Shown one piece after another: positions 47,554 to 57,401 of a DNA stretch of 64,000 nt. Source of the DNA: Abditibacterium sp. (GTDB taxonomy: Bacteria; Armatimonadota; Abditibacteriia; Abditibacteriales; Abditibacteriaceae); contig OZ251992.1 in assembly GCA_965246885.1 (NCBI GenBank), positions 3,328,001 through 3,392,000 on the forward strand. The letters run 5' to 3'. Numbering within the stretch: position 1 is the stretch's first letter; each line of letters starts with the position of its first letter. The notes under the pieces are model-generated. The model was not told the DNA's origin and did not search any database. It worked only from the letters and a program-made list of their open reading frames with translations. The position numbers were made by a program, and so were the translations under genes.

Positions 47554-49053
47554 ATGTCCCAACCCCACGACATCCCGTCCTTCCTCCATGTTCTCGAACG
47601 CGCGGGCGAACTCCGGCGCATCAGTGTTCCCGTCTCGGCGAAGCTGGAAATCACCGAAATCGCCGACCGCGTGGTGAAGCAGGCTGGCCCCGCCCTCTTG
47701 TTCGAGCGCGTGCGCGAAGCACCCGATGTGCCCGTCGCTATTGGGCTGTTCGGCTCGCATAAGCGGTTGGCGCTCGCGCTCCATGATGAACCCGCCAACA
47801 TCGCGCGGCGTATCACCGAACTCATTGGGACGCGGCCCCCTAACTCGCTCGTCGGCATGGCGCGCATGGGGTTGCAGATGCTCCCCACCATCGCGTCGCT
47901 GAGCGTCAAGCGGCCCAAGGACGGGCCTTGCAAGGAGGTGATTTTACGCGGGGACGAGGCGGACTTGCGCGCCATCCCCGTCCTCACCTGCTGGCCGGAT
48001 GACGGTGGGCCGTTTGTGACGTTGCCGATGGTCTTTACGCACAACCCCAACACCGGGCGGCGCAACGTCGGCATGTATCGGGTGCAGATTTTCGACGAGC
48101 GGACGGCGGGGATGCACTGGCAAATCCACAAAGTCGGCGCGCAACATCAGCGCGACGCCGGGGCCAAGCCCATCGAAGCGGCGGTCTGCTTGGGCGGCGA
48201 CCCATGTCTGCCGTTCTGCGCCCTTGCGCCGTTGCCCGAAGAGATAGACGAGATGATCTTCGCCGGATTCCTGCGCGGCAAGCCCGTCGAAATGGTGAAG
48301 TGCGAAACGATAGACGTCGAAGTCCCCGCCGACTGCGAATACGTGTTAGAAGGCACCATCACCCCCGGCGAGGTGCGACCGGAAGGGCCATTTGGCGACC
48401 ACACCGGCTACTATACGCCAGTCGAGAACTACCCCGTCTTTCGCGTTTCGTGCATTACGCGGCGCAAGAAACCCGTGTATCCCGCGACTATTGTCGGCAT
48501 CCCGCCGATGGAAGACGGGTATCTGGGCAAAGCGGTCGGGGAGATTTTCCTGCCCCTCATCAAAACGCAACTGCCGGAACTGGTGGACATGAACCTGCCC
48601 GTCGAGGGGACGTTTCACCACTTGTGCATCGTCAGCATCAAGAAGCGCTACCCCAACCACGCCTATAAAGCGATGCACGCCTTGTGGGGGCTGGGGCAAC
48701 TGATGTTTTCTAAAGTCATCATCGTCGTGGACGAGGACGTGGACGTGCATAATCTGTCGGAAGTGTTGTGGCGCGCGACGAACAACTTCGACCCGGAGCA
48801 CGACGTGCAAATCGTGAAGGGGCCGGTGGACGCGCTCGATCACAGCGCGCGCTCGGTCGGTTTCGGCTCCAAGATTGGAATAGATGCCACGCGCAAGTGG
48901 CCATCGGAAGGCTACACCCGTGAGTGGCCCGAAGTCGTGAAGATGGACAGGGCCACCGTTGCCAAAGTGGATGCCATCTGGGATTCGCTGGGTTTGGGCC
49001 GCAACCCCGGTAGCCCGTCAGTGGACGGGCATATCAGCGCGCCGATGCCGTGA
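47554..49053 (+). CDS. UbiD-family decarboxylase (menaquinone futalosine pathway, MqnL-like)
   Basis: LEITEIADR, WPDDGGPF, NVGMYR, EGPFGDHTGYY, GIPPMED and KIGIDATRK. Confidence 0.92.
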   Translation: MSQPHDIPSFLHVLERAGELRRISVPVSAKLEITEIADRVVKQAGPALLFERVREAPDVPVAIGLFGSHKRLALALHDEPANIARRITELIGTRPPNSLVGMARMGLQMLPTIASLSVKRPKDGPCKEVILRGDEADLRAIPVLTCWPDDGGPFVTLPMVFTHNPNTGRRNVGMYRVQIFDERTAGMHWQIHKVGAQHQRDAGAKPIEAAVCLGGDPCLPFCALAPLPEEIDEMIFAGFLRGKPVEMVKCETIDVEVPADCEYVLEGTITPGEVRPEGPFGDHTGYYTPVENYPVFRVSCITRRKKPVYPATIVGIPPMEDGYLGKAVGEIFLPLIKTQLPELVDMNLPVEGTFHHLCIVSIKKRYPNHAYKAMHALWGLGQLMFSKVIIVVDEDVDVHNLSEVLWRATNNFDPEHDVQIVKGPVDALDHSARSVGFGSKIGIDATRKWPSEGYTREWPEVVKMDRATVAKVDAIWDSLGLGRNPGSPSVDGHISAPMP

Positions 49054-49188
49054 GCGCGACATTCAACATAGAAAACGGAGTCAGGAGAGGCATAGGAGAA
49101 ACGTGAACCCATTCGACTGGCACCGATTCGGGCGCGATGCAACTGCCGCAACTGGTCGAAAAGCGGTAGGCGCGGCACTTGTAGCAGT

Positions 49189-50517
49189 TCATGGCTGTGA
49201 GGTTAAGGCCACGCCGGGGCGAGTCATTAGCCGCGTTCGCGCAACCATTGCAGAGTACTCTATCGCTTCAGAAAGCAGCTTCCCAGCACAAATGGCCCAG
49301 CCAATAGAGGGGATGTATAAAGCGTGCCCCATAATAGAAGCGCTCAGCAGGGGTAAATACGCGAGGAGCAACCAACCGTAGCCGAACAATTGAATCCGGT
49401 CGCGCACCCTCCCGAATTGCCACCAGAACCCAATCACTGCGAGCGCTACCAGCACGTCTGCATAAAAACTTGCCGCCCACAACGGCAACAGCGAGAGAAG
49501 TCGGTAGAGCGTGTTGAACGCTTCGCCCGATTTCCAATCGTTCCAAAGCACCAGCACGATGCCCGCGAGCGCACACGGCCACATCCGCCGCCAGCCGCTT
49601 CGCCGCCAAATCAGAGCCGCAATCAACACGAGCGCGACGCCCACCGGCGCCACGTCCCCCAGCGAAAACAAACTCGCGGGACGGCCCCCAATACAATAAG
49701 AACAGAAGCGATAAAACCACGAGCCGTTTGTGCCAAAGCGAAAACCCATCCCATGAAGCGCCCACAACCGAAACACGAACGCGACCGCGACGATCCCCGG
49801 CAACACCGCAACCGACCGAACCTGTGCGCTACGTGACAGCGCGCGCTCCCCATCCCACTCGTGCCACAATAGCAGTCCCGCGAGAAAGGGGGTAATGTAA
49901 CTCATTTCCTTGACTGCGATAGCGAGCAACTGCGCGCCGACGGCGAAGGCAAAAAACCGCTTCTGGCCAGTGCGCCAAAACGAAAGCAGCGACCACAGAC
50001 ACAACACCAGCGCGCTCGCCAGCCATACATCGACACTATCTTTCCACCAAAGAAGCGCGGGGGCGGGAACGGGCAACGTCATCCACGCAAGTGCGCCCGA
50101 TGCCCATATCGCCACCGAAAGCAACGCCACGCGGCCACCCAGTACGCGCCACAGAAACGCGAAGAGCAACACGCAGGCGACGAAATGCGACGCGAAATGC
50201 ACCGCCATGAATCCCTGCGCGCCGTTTCGCCCGAACAGTTGCAGTTGGAACCACCAAATCAGCGACGGCAGGGGGCGATAGAAGGCGCGCGTTTCGCCAC
50301 CCGCCCATGAACCCGTCCACCACGCGAGCGTGTCGCGCAACGTGTGCGCCTTCGCCAACCCGCTCAACAAAAGCAACTGATCAACATAATCGCCCATCTC
50401 GGCGTCGGTACCGCGCGCTGGGAACTGCGACCACGACTCGCGTAGTCCCCATGCCCACGAGAGGGCCAACACTACAAGCGCGCCCGCCCACTGCCGAAAT
50501 TTCAGGTCTGTTCTCAT
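49189..50517 (-). CDS. Polytopic membrane protein, possibly GT-C-like
   Basis: Many TM segments, FYRPL motif in the first loop and KE motif (AVKEMSY). Start uncertain. Confidence 0.6.
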   Translation of the reverse strand: MRTDLKFRQWAGALVVLALSWAWGLRESWSQFPARGTDAEMGDYVDQLLLLSGLAKAHTLRDTLAWWTGSWAGGETRAFYRPLPSLIWWFQLQLFGRNGAQGFMAVHFASHFVACVLLFAFLWRVLGGRVALLSVAIWASGALAWMTLPVPAPALLWWKDSVDVWLASALVLCLWSLLSFWRTGQKRFFAFAVGAQLLAIAVKEMSYITPFLAGLLLWHEWDGERALSRSAQVRSVAVLPGIVAVAFVFRLWALHGMGFRFGTNGSWFYRFCSYCIGGRPASLFSLGDVAPVGVALVLIAALIWRRSGWRRMWPCALAGIVLVLWNDWKSGEAFNTLYRLLSLLPLWAASFYADVLVALAVIGFWWQFGRVRDRIQLFGYGWLLLAYLPLLSASIMGHALYIPSIGWAICAGKLLSEAIEYSAMVARTRLMTRPGVALTSQP

Positions 50518-50774
50518 TTCGTTCCCAGTTTGACCTACGGTCACAACCGGCCAAAGTTGGGCGTTGAGGAGCGCCGTTGTCGTTGCGCGTTGCGAGCGCG
50601 GAAAAATGCCGCACCGAGCCGGTTGGCACGTCTCCGGGCAGCATCACGACCTGCGTGTTGTAGGTTTTCCCTTTCATTCACGCTCCTTCGTGTTCTCTGT
50701 GTTTGATTGAAGATAGAGTAAGTGCCAATTGGGACTTGACGAAAGGCCAAAAATGCGCCAAACAGGGCGGCTGT

Positions 50775-52223
50775 ATGTTTCGCGCCGCATCTTTGTCTTC
50801 GTCGGAATCGTCGGCGCCCGCTCGCTTGGAAGGTGAGCAAGTGCGGCTCTCGATGAGCCGCGTCATCACCGGCTGGGTGTTCGGCTCCATCTTCTTCCAA
50901 CTGTCGGGCGGCCCGGTTTACGCGTCGTTCGCGCGGCAGTTGGGCATCAACGAGGCCACTTTTGGCTTTTTGGCGGGCATCATGCCGCTCATGGGCTTCC
51001 TGCAACTGTGGGCGGCGCGCTTGCTTGAGGGACGCGTCGGCGCGCGCGCGATGATGCTGTGGGCCGGACTAATCGGGCGCTCGCTGTGGATTGTGGCGGC
51101 GGCGCTCCCGCTTCTTCACAAAGCGGCGCCGGGGATGTTGCCGCGCGTGGCGCTGGTTCCGGCGTTCGTGGGCATCGTGGTGGTATCCGCCGCCTTTCAA
51201 GCGTTCACCGGCCCGTCGTTTTTCGTGTGGATGAGCGCGCTGGTGCCGGGGCGCGTCGGGCCGAGCTTTTGGGCCAAGCGGCACCAGATGGGCACGGTCG
51301 CCGGGATAGGCGCCGTCTTGGTGGGCGGCTGGCTGGCCGATCAGGGCGGCGCCGTCAAAGCGTGGTCGGGCGGCGCCATCTCGCCTTTGCTACTGTATAG
51401 CGCGATTCTGATTGTCGCCGCCGTTTGCGGCGTGGCGGACATCGCGGCGTTCTTCGGCGTGCGCGAGCCAGTAACGGACGCCAAGACAGAAGTGCAAACG
51501 CCCCTCTGGGAATCGTTCAAGGCCCCCTTACGCGAGCGGCAGGTGCGCAACTACCTCGCGTTTACCATGCTTTCGACCGTCGGCTTCGCCACGACGGGGC
51601 CGATGACCACGCTGTTTTGCTTGGAACAGTTGAACCTCTCGCGCACCCAAACCGGCATGGTGCTGACCATTGGCCCGCTTTTGGGCATCGCGCTCGCGGC
51701 GCCGATGTGGGGGCGCATCGCCAAAGCGCACGGCACGCGCCCGATGCTGCGCTTCGCTTCGGTGTTCATGATTAGCGTTCCGCTTGCGTGGCTTCTCGCT
51801 ACGCCGCGCACGATCTGGCCCGTCGCGGCGCTGATTGCCCTGTCGGGCGTCGTGGTGACGGCGTATGAGATTTCCAACCTCAACTTCATGACGCGCGCCT
51901 GCCCACACCTGTCGCGCGGCTCGCTCACGGCGCTCCTGTCGTTGTGCGGCGGCACGACCTTCGCGCTCTTCTCGACGCTCGCGGGAATGGTCGTGCAACA
52001 CCTGCACGGCTGGCATGCGGAGGTTTGGGGCAAGACGCTGACCGGCTTCCACGTCATCTTCGCGTTTTCCCTCTTGCCGCGCGTTTTGAACGCCCTCTGG
52101 ATCGCGCCCAAATTGCAAGAGGAAGACGCCACCCCCACGCGCGACGCGGTGCGCGAAATCGGCGCGGACTCGGTGGCGGCCCTGCGCGCGAGCGCCGCGC
52201 GGCTGTTTGGCAGGGAAGAATGA
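50775..52223 (+). CDS. MFS transporter
   Basis: About 12 TM segments and motif A-like WGRIAKAHGTRP. Confidence 0.85.
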   Translation: MFRAASLSSSESSAPARLEGEQVRLSMSRVITGWVFGSIFFQLSGGPVYASFARQLGINEATFGFLAGIMPLMGFLQLWAARLLEGRVGARAMMLWAGLIGRSLWIVAAALPLLHKAAPGMLPRVALVPAFVGIVVVSAAFQAFTGPSFFVWMSALVPGRVGPSFWAKRHQMGTVAGIGAVLVGGWLADQGGAVKAWSGGAISPLLLYSAILIVAAVCGVADIAAFFGVREPVTDAKTEVQTPLWESFKAPLRERQVRNYLAFTMLSTVGFATTGPMTTLFCLEQLNLSRTQTGMVLTIGPLLGIALAAPMWGRIAKAHGTRPMLRFASVFMISVPLAWLLATPRTIWPVAALIALSGVVVTAYEISNLNFMTRACPHLSRGSLTALLSLCGGTTFALFSTLAGMVVQHLHGWHAEVWGKTLTGFHVIFAFSLLPRVLNALWIAPKLQEEDATPTRDAVREIGADSVAALRASAARLFGREE

Positions 52224-52225
52224 GG

Positions 52226-53914
52226 CTATCCGCTTCGCCGCCGGAGCCGTATCAGCGTGGCTTCCTCGACCCGCAACGCCCGCGCTACTCCGACGAACGC
52301 TCCCAACGCCAATATCCCCGACGCGCTCACGCCCAGCAGCAAGCGCGCTTTGCCCGCGCCGCTTGGCGCCAGAACGTGCGCCGCAAAGTGCGCCACGACA
52401 ACCGCAACCGCAGTCGCGGCGAGCAACTGCGCGAGGAAGCGGAGATGCTCGCGCGTCCGCACCTGCCCCAAATGGGGCCGCAGAAGCAACCACATAATCA
52501 CGCACTTGAGCGACTTGGAGAACGCTTCCGCCCCCGCGATGGCAGCCAACCCCCAACCCAACTGCTCGACGCCCACCCGCGCGACCATAATCCACACGAC
52601 CGAGATGGCGAGGCCAATCAGCGTCGGCGCCCACGTCCGCGTCAGGGCGTAGAACGCCTGCCCCAACATCATCTCGCACGCGAAGCCCGTCAGCCCCAGC
52701 GAATACGCCACGAACGGCGGCACGATTTGCAGCACGTTGGGCGTCGTGAGCCGACCGCCCGACCAGAGCGCATACAAGAGCGGCGAGCGGAGCGCGATGA
52801 GAATCCCCGTAAGCGGCACGAATACGAAAAAGCACACGCGTAGCGCCTTCACGACGAGTTCCGTGAGCGGCTGCCGGTCACGCTCGCGCGCGAGGTCGGC
52901 CATGAACGGAAAAATCCCAATCGAAAGTGCGTAGGGGAAGACTTGGATGAAGGTGTCGTTGATGAGGCGCGATAGCTTGAGCGCAAAGCGCGGCGCCGCG
53001 CTCCCCGCGACTTCCCCCGTTAGGCCGAGCAAGTAAAATCCGCGTGCCTCCGAAATCACAATGCCCAGCACAAGCGGCAACGCGAGCAGAAACATCTTCC
53101 GAACGCGCGGGTTGGAAAAGTCCACGCGCGGGCGCAAGAGCCGCCACTTCGGGCCAATCGCCCACACGTGCGGCACCAGCTTCAAGAGCGAGCCAATGAA
53201 AAACCCCGCCAAAATCAGATGCAACGAGCGCAGGCTCAGGTCGAGCAACTGCGCCTCATAAAACGCCGGAGGGTGCGCGGCAGACACCATCTTCTGCGCG
53301 GCGACCAAACGCGCGATGGGCTTGTGATACAGCACATACGCCCCCACTGCGCCGCCGAACACACCCAGTTTCCACAGGGCATCCCCCACCGCCGCCCACA
53401 CGAAGCGCTTGTAGCCGTTGAGAATGGTGTACGTCAGCGACGACAAGCCAAGCGACACCAAGCCCAACAAAAGGAAGCGCGCTGAGGAAGTCGTGAGCGC
53501 GATCTGCTGCACATTGGACGTGTGTGACAATTTCCCCACCAACCAAGGCATCCCCGCCAACCCCGCCACCGTAGTGAGCAAAAGCAGCGATAAAAACGTC
53601 CACAGCGCGGTCGAGGCAAACTTCCACGTTTCCTCTTCGCCGTCCTCCTTGAGCGACGCAATGAACTGCGGCAAAAACGCCGGGTTGATGACCTTCTCGA
53701 AGACCAGCCAGAACCGCTGCACGATGTCGGTAGCGACGGCATAGACATCGGCGGGCCACGACAAACCGAAGTTGTGCGCAATGAGCGGTTGCGCCGCGAA
53801 GCCCACGAGGAAGCGCACCAGATGGAGCGCGGTGATGCCAAGCGTCGCGCGCGCGACGGAAGTGCGGGCGCCGGGCGCGGGCGGCGCGGTGGGGGGAAGC
53901 GGGGTAGTAGTCAC
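52226..53914 (-). CDS. Second MurJ/MviN-like flippase (MOP superfamily)
   Basis: ADVYAVA, AFLPQF, LALPLV, SIGIFPFM and QAFYAL..TWAP. Start estimated at GTG 53914. Confidence 0.82.
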   Translation of the reverse strand: MTTTPLPPTAPPAPGARTSVARATLGITALHLVRFLVGFAAQPLIAHNFGLSWPADVYAVATDIVQRFWLVFEKVINPAFLPQFIASLKEDGEEETWKFASTALWTFLSLLLLTTVAGLAGMPWLVGKLSHTSNVQQIALTTSSARFLLLGLVSLGLSSLTYTILNGYKRFVWAAVGDALWKLGVFGGAVGAYVLYHKPIARLVAAQKMVSAAHPPAFYEAQLLDLSLRSLHLILAGFFIGSLLKLVPHVWAIGPKWRLLRPRVDFSNPRVRKMFLLALPLVLGIVISEARGFYLLGLTGEVAGSAAPRFALKLSRLINDTFIQVFPYALSIGIFPFMADLARERDRQPLTELVVKALRVCFFVFVPLTGILIALRSPLLYALWSGGRLTTPNVLQIVPPFVAYSLGLTGFACEMMLGQAFYALTRTWAPTLIGLAISVVWIMVARVGVEQLGWGLAAIAGAEAFSKSLKCVIMWLLLRPHLGQVRTREHLRFLAQLLAATAVAVVVAHFAAHVLAPSGAGKARLLLGVSASGILALGAFVGVARALRVEEATLIRLRRRSG

Positions 53915-53981
53915 GGAATCGGCACCCTTAGAACGCGCCAAAGGGCGAATGTGTCGTTTCGTCGCGCATCCATCCACCAAC

Positions 53982-54011
53982 AAAAAAACGCGGCCCCAAA
54001 GGGGCCGCGTT
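53982..54011 (-). terminator. Intrinsic terminator
   Basis: AACGCGGCCCC-TTT-GGGGCCGCGTT followed by a T-run on the minus strand. Confidence 0.8.
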
Positions 54012-54020
54012 AGTTGGGGA

Positions 54021-54275
54021 TTACATCATCATGCGCCCGAAGCGGGCTTCGTCTTCTTGGGGCGTTGAGCGCAGGACAGGGGCTTTTCGTTTCGGTTCGA
54101 GGGCGCTTTTGACGGTTTCGACGCCGGAGAGAATCCAGTTGTAAGGCCAGAGGGCGCGCATTTCGTGGTCGTCGTCGCCTTCGTATAACTGGGATTGGAG
54201 GCGGTTGACTTCGTTTTGGAGGGCGCGGACTTCGGCGCGCAGGGTTTCAATTTCTTGGGTGTGAATGGTTTTCAT
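54021..54275 (-). CDS. Small hypothetical coiled-coil protein (84 aa)
   Basis: MKTIHTQEIETLRAEVRALQNEVNRLQSQL heptads. Followed by a terminator. Confidence 0.65.
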   Translation of the reverse strand: MKTIHTQEIETLRAEVRALQNEVNRLQSQLYEGDDDHEMRALWPYNWILSGVETVKSALEPKRKAPVLRSTPQEDEARFGRMMM

Positions 54276-54377
54276 GGTGTCTCTCAAAACCGGTCGCCTC
54301 GTGACGCTCTGGCGGCGGTTCTGGCATATGTTGGGTGCAAGCAAACGGTGTTCCAAAGGGAACGTTATCTTCGACAT

Positions 54378-55100
54378 TCAAAAGACGCCGGAGTAGCAGT
54401 AAAGTCGCCCGCCTTCGGGGACAATGGCGGCTTTGCGGCGCACCAAGCGGAGTTGGTGCAAGCGGGCGATGCGGTTGTTGCAGGCGGTCACAGATTCAAG
54501 AGAAAGGGCATCCACCACGTCGCGTACCGTCGCCGTACCACGCTTCATGACGGCGTCGAGGGTTTCGATGAGGTGGTCGGGCAGTTTGCCGATGACGCGC
54601 CAGTTAATGCGCGCTTCGCCGTCGGCATAAGGGTCGGCGAGAGTGCGGCGCAGTTCGCCCAAGTCGTCAACGGGCACCACGATGGCGGCGGCTTCGCGCT
54701 GAGCGAGCGCGACTTCCACGTTTTCTAACAAAGCCTGCGCGATAGCGTCGTTCTTGACGAGAAGCACCATGTAACGGTCGGGATACTCTTTGGTGCTCAT
54801 GCGCGAAAAGATGGTGCCGATGGCTTCGTCGGCGAAAGAGTAGTCCATCATCTCGACGCCGTCGAAATCGAGCGCCAAAACGCCACCGGGCGCGAGGTCG
54901 CGTAGCGACCCGTCAAGCGACTCTTGCACTTGGCGACCCAAAGGGCGCATGGCGAGGTAGGGGCCGAACTCGCCCAGTGATTTTTGTTGCATGGCGACAG
55001 CCCCCTCGCGGGGCGCCTCGCCATCGAGTAAGACTTCCTCTTCGGGAGCTAAGACGCCCCGCCGGGGCTTGGCTGGAACTTTGGTTTGAATGCGGGCCAT
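54378..55100 (-). CDS. STAS-like (DUF4325-type) domain fused to a C-terminal winged HTH
   Basis: LALDFDGVEMMDYSFADEAIG (STAS-like) and TVRDVVDALSLESVTACNNRIARLHQLRLVRR (wHTH-like). Confidence 0.7.
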   Translation of the reverse strand: MARIQTKVPAKPRRGVLAPEEEVLLDGEAPREGAVAMQQKSLGEFGPYLAMRPLGRQVQESLDGSLRDLAPGGVLALDFDGVEMMDYSFADEAIGTIFSRMSTKEYPDRYMVLLVKNDAIAQALLENVEVALAQREAAAIVVPVDDLGELRRTLADPYADGEARINWRVIGKLPDHLIETLDAVMKRGTATVRDVVDALSLESVTACNNRIARLHQLRLVRRKAAIVPEGGRLYCYSGVF

Positions 55101-55295
55101 CGTGGAATCCTTGGAACTTCTAAACGCGCCGCTGCTCTTTTTGGTTCACTCGAATCAGTGAAGAGACGGCTCATTTCATTATCGCTCAATCCGGCCCCCA
55201 CGTCAAGTGCCGTCGCCTAAATCCCCCGTTTTGTCGGGAACTCCCCATTTGCGAGCGCCCCCGGTTGCGGATTTGCATCCGCCCTCCCGATACCT

Positions 55296-57056
55296 ATGCG
55301 TAAAGCCAAAACTCTTCTGGGATTGTCCGTCATCACGCGCACCGACGGCAAAAATCTGGGCACCGTCCGCGACCTCATCTTCAGCGACAACTCGCAAAAG
55401 CTGCTTGCCCTCCTCATGAGCGGGCCGGAACTGTTCCACCTCATAGACGCCACCTGCGTGCCTTGGAACCAAATCCGCGAAATCGGCACCGATGCCCTTA
55501 TGGTTGAGGGGGACGACTCGCTCATCAAGGTGCACTCCGACGCCGTTATCGCCGAAGCCTTCGACGCCAAGCAGTCGGTGGACGGCAAGCAAGTCACCAC
55601 CGACCAAGGCGAGAACTTGGGCCACGTTTCCGACCTTTACCTCGACGATTCGGGCTACGTTTCCGCTTTTGAAGTGTCCGGTGGCTTGTTCGCGGACGCC
55701 GTCGGCGGCAAGCGATACCTCGAAAACCCCGCCCGCATCAAAGTCGGCGAAGATGTCATCATCGTCCCCCACGACTCCGTGCATCAATTAGAAATGCAAG
55801 CCGATGCCGAACCGGGCGGCATCAAGGGCCTTCTCGCGTCAGCATCCGATAAAGTCGGCGACGCCTACGACTCTGCCAAAGCAAGCGTGAGTGACGCTTA
55901 CGCAAACATCTCTTCCGCTTCGGTCGAAAAGCAGCGCGAGTTCGTGATTGGCAAAGTCGCGGGCCGCGACGTCGTCATCCCCGCCAGTCAAGCGACAATG
56001 GCCACCCCGCCCGCCTTGGCCGTTCAAGCCGTCGAATCGGGCACGACCCACCTCTCCTCATCCACCACATCGGGCGCGCTGGAGGTCGAGCGCGGCGCGG
56101 AGGAAACCATCGTGCGCCCCGCCAATTTCGGGACGGTTCAAACTGGAAGCGGCCAACTCGCGCCCGGTGTGCCCGTGCCCGCCAGCACGCTTGGCCACCT
56201 CAACGCCCGCGTCGTTGAAGGCGCTCCCGAAAGCACAAGCGACGCCGCGACCCTCACGGAACTCCAGCGCGCCACGCCCGCAACCGCCACCGACATTAGC
56301 TCGCGCGGCGACGTGGTGGACGGCGAAGTTCTCGTGCGCGAGGGAGAAACCATCACCGCCGCGCATGCCGATCGCGCCATCAACGCCGGTATATTGGGCA
56401 CGCTCGTTGGCTCCGTCAAACTCGGCGCCCCCGCCGCCGCGCAGACCGCCTTCCACAACGTCGGTCAAAGCGCCGAAAACGCGGCTATTGGCAAACCCGC
56501 AGGCCGCGAAGTGGACGCTCCCGACGGCTCCATCCTCGTCGCTCCCGGCCAAATCATCACCCAAGCCATTCTCGACCGCGCCGATTTGCACGGCAAACGC
56601 GCCGAAGTTATCGCTTCGGCAGGGCTTGGCGCCGCCAGCGTTGCGACTCAGGATACCCTCGGCCAAGTCAAAGAAACCGCCTCCAACGTTTTCGGCACTC
56701 TCAAAGAAAAGGTGGCCGGACTCACCGGAACAGCGCAGGATAAAAAAGCCGAATATGACGCCGCCAACGTGGAGAAGAAAATCAAGGACGCCGTCGGTCG
56801 CCCCGTCACCCGCGTGATTCTTGCCAAAGACGATAGCGTGATTCTCAACACCGGCGACATCATCACTAACAAGGCCATCGAACACGCCCGCCAAGCCGAC
56901 GTGCTCGACATCCTACTTGATTCGGTCTACAACCAAACTCCCGACATCACGCCGGAAATGCTGCGCTTGGAAGGCAAAGGCGAGGACGCCCTCGCCACCC
57001 AAGCCCAACCCACCGGCGGCCCCATCACTGCCACCACCGCCCCAAACCCATCGTAA
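55296..57056 (+). CDS. PRC-barrel domain protein with C-terminal repeats
   Basis: Two PRC barrels ([40 protein letters not shown]) and repeated G..IT motifs. Confidence 0.82.
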   Translation: MRKAKTLLGLSVITRTDGKNLGTVRDLIFSDNSQKLLALLMSGPELFHLIDATCVPWNQIREIGTDALMVEGDDSLIKVHSDAVIAEAFDAKQSVDGKQVTTDQGENLGHVSDLYLDDSGYVSAFEVSGGLFADAVGGKRYLENPARIKVGEDVIIVPHDSVHQLEMQADAEPGGIKGLLASASDKVGDAYDSAKASVSDAYANISSASVEKQREFVIGKVAGRDVVIPASQATMATPPALAVQAVESGTTHLSSSTTSGALEVERGAEETIVRPANFGTVQTGSGQLAPGVPVPASTLGHLNARVVEGAPESTSDAATLTELQRATPATATDISSRGDVVDGEVLVREGETITAAHADRAINAGILGTLVGSVKLGAPAAAQTAFHNVGQSAENAAIGKPAGREVDAPDGSILVAPGQIITQAILDRADLHGKRAEVIASAGLGAASVATQDTLGQVKETASNVFGTLKEKVAGLTGTAQDKKAEYDAANVEKKIKDAVGRPVTRVILAKDDSVILNTGDIITNKAIEHARQADVLDILLDSVYNQTPDITPEMLRLEGKGEDALATQAQPTGGPITATTAPNPS

Positions 57057-57117
57057 GACGGCGGCGACCCAAAGAATTTCTTCTGGGAGCGAAAGACAGG
57101 GTTCTGCCAGAGATTCC

Positions 57118-57201
57118 CACACCTGTAGGAATCTCCGACAGACCTCTGGGAATGAATGGCAGACGTGCGGGAATGAGTGGCAGACGTGCGGGAATCTCCC
57201 G
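57118..57201. repeat. Tandem array of four 21-bp units (family B)
   Basis: CACACCTGTAGGAATCTCCGA, CAGACCTCTGGGAATGAATGG, CAGACGTGCGGGAATGAGTGG, CAGACGTGCGGGAATCTCCCG. Confidence 0.85.
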
Positions 57202-57220
57202 CCGCCGTCCGCCCTCAAGC

Positions 57221-57258
57221 AAAAGAACCCCCTGCTTTGGCAAGGGGTTCTTTTCTTT
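57221..57258. terminator. Bidirectional terminator between the PRC-barrel gene and the tRNA
   Basis: AAAAGAACCCC...GGGGTTCTTTT hairpin with T-runs on both strands. Confidence 0.75.
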
Positions 57259-57332
57259 TGTGCCCGGAAGGATTCGAACCTCCGACCTGCTGATCCGTAG
57301 TCAGCCGCTCTATCCAGCTGAGCTACGGGCAC
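57259..57332 (-). tRNA. tRNA-Arg (ACG)
   Basis: GTGCCCG acceptor stem, D-arm TAGCTCAGCTGGATAGAGC, anticodon arm GCTGA-CTACGGA-TCAGC and T-arm GGAGG-TTCGAAT-CCTTC. CCA is not encoded. Confidence 0.97.
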
Positions 57333-57401
57333 ATCTGCTGGAAGCCTCGGTGAAAGGCCCGACAAATGTTACCGCAAATTCGGGAGGTTGTCAACTTCGC
57401 T

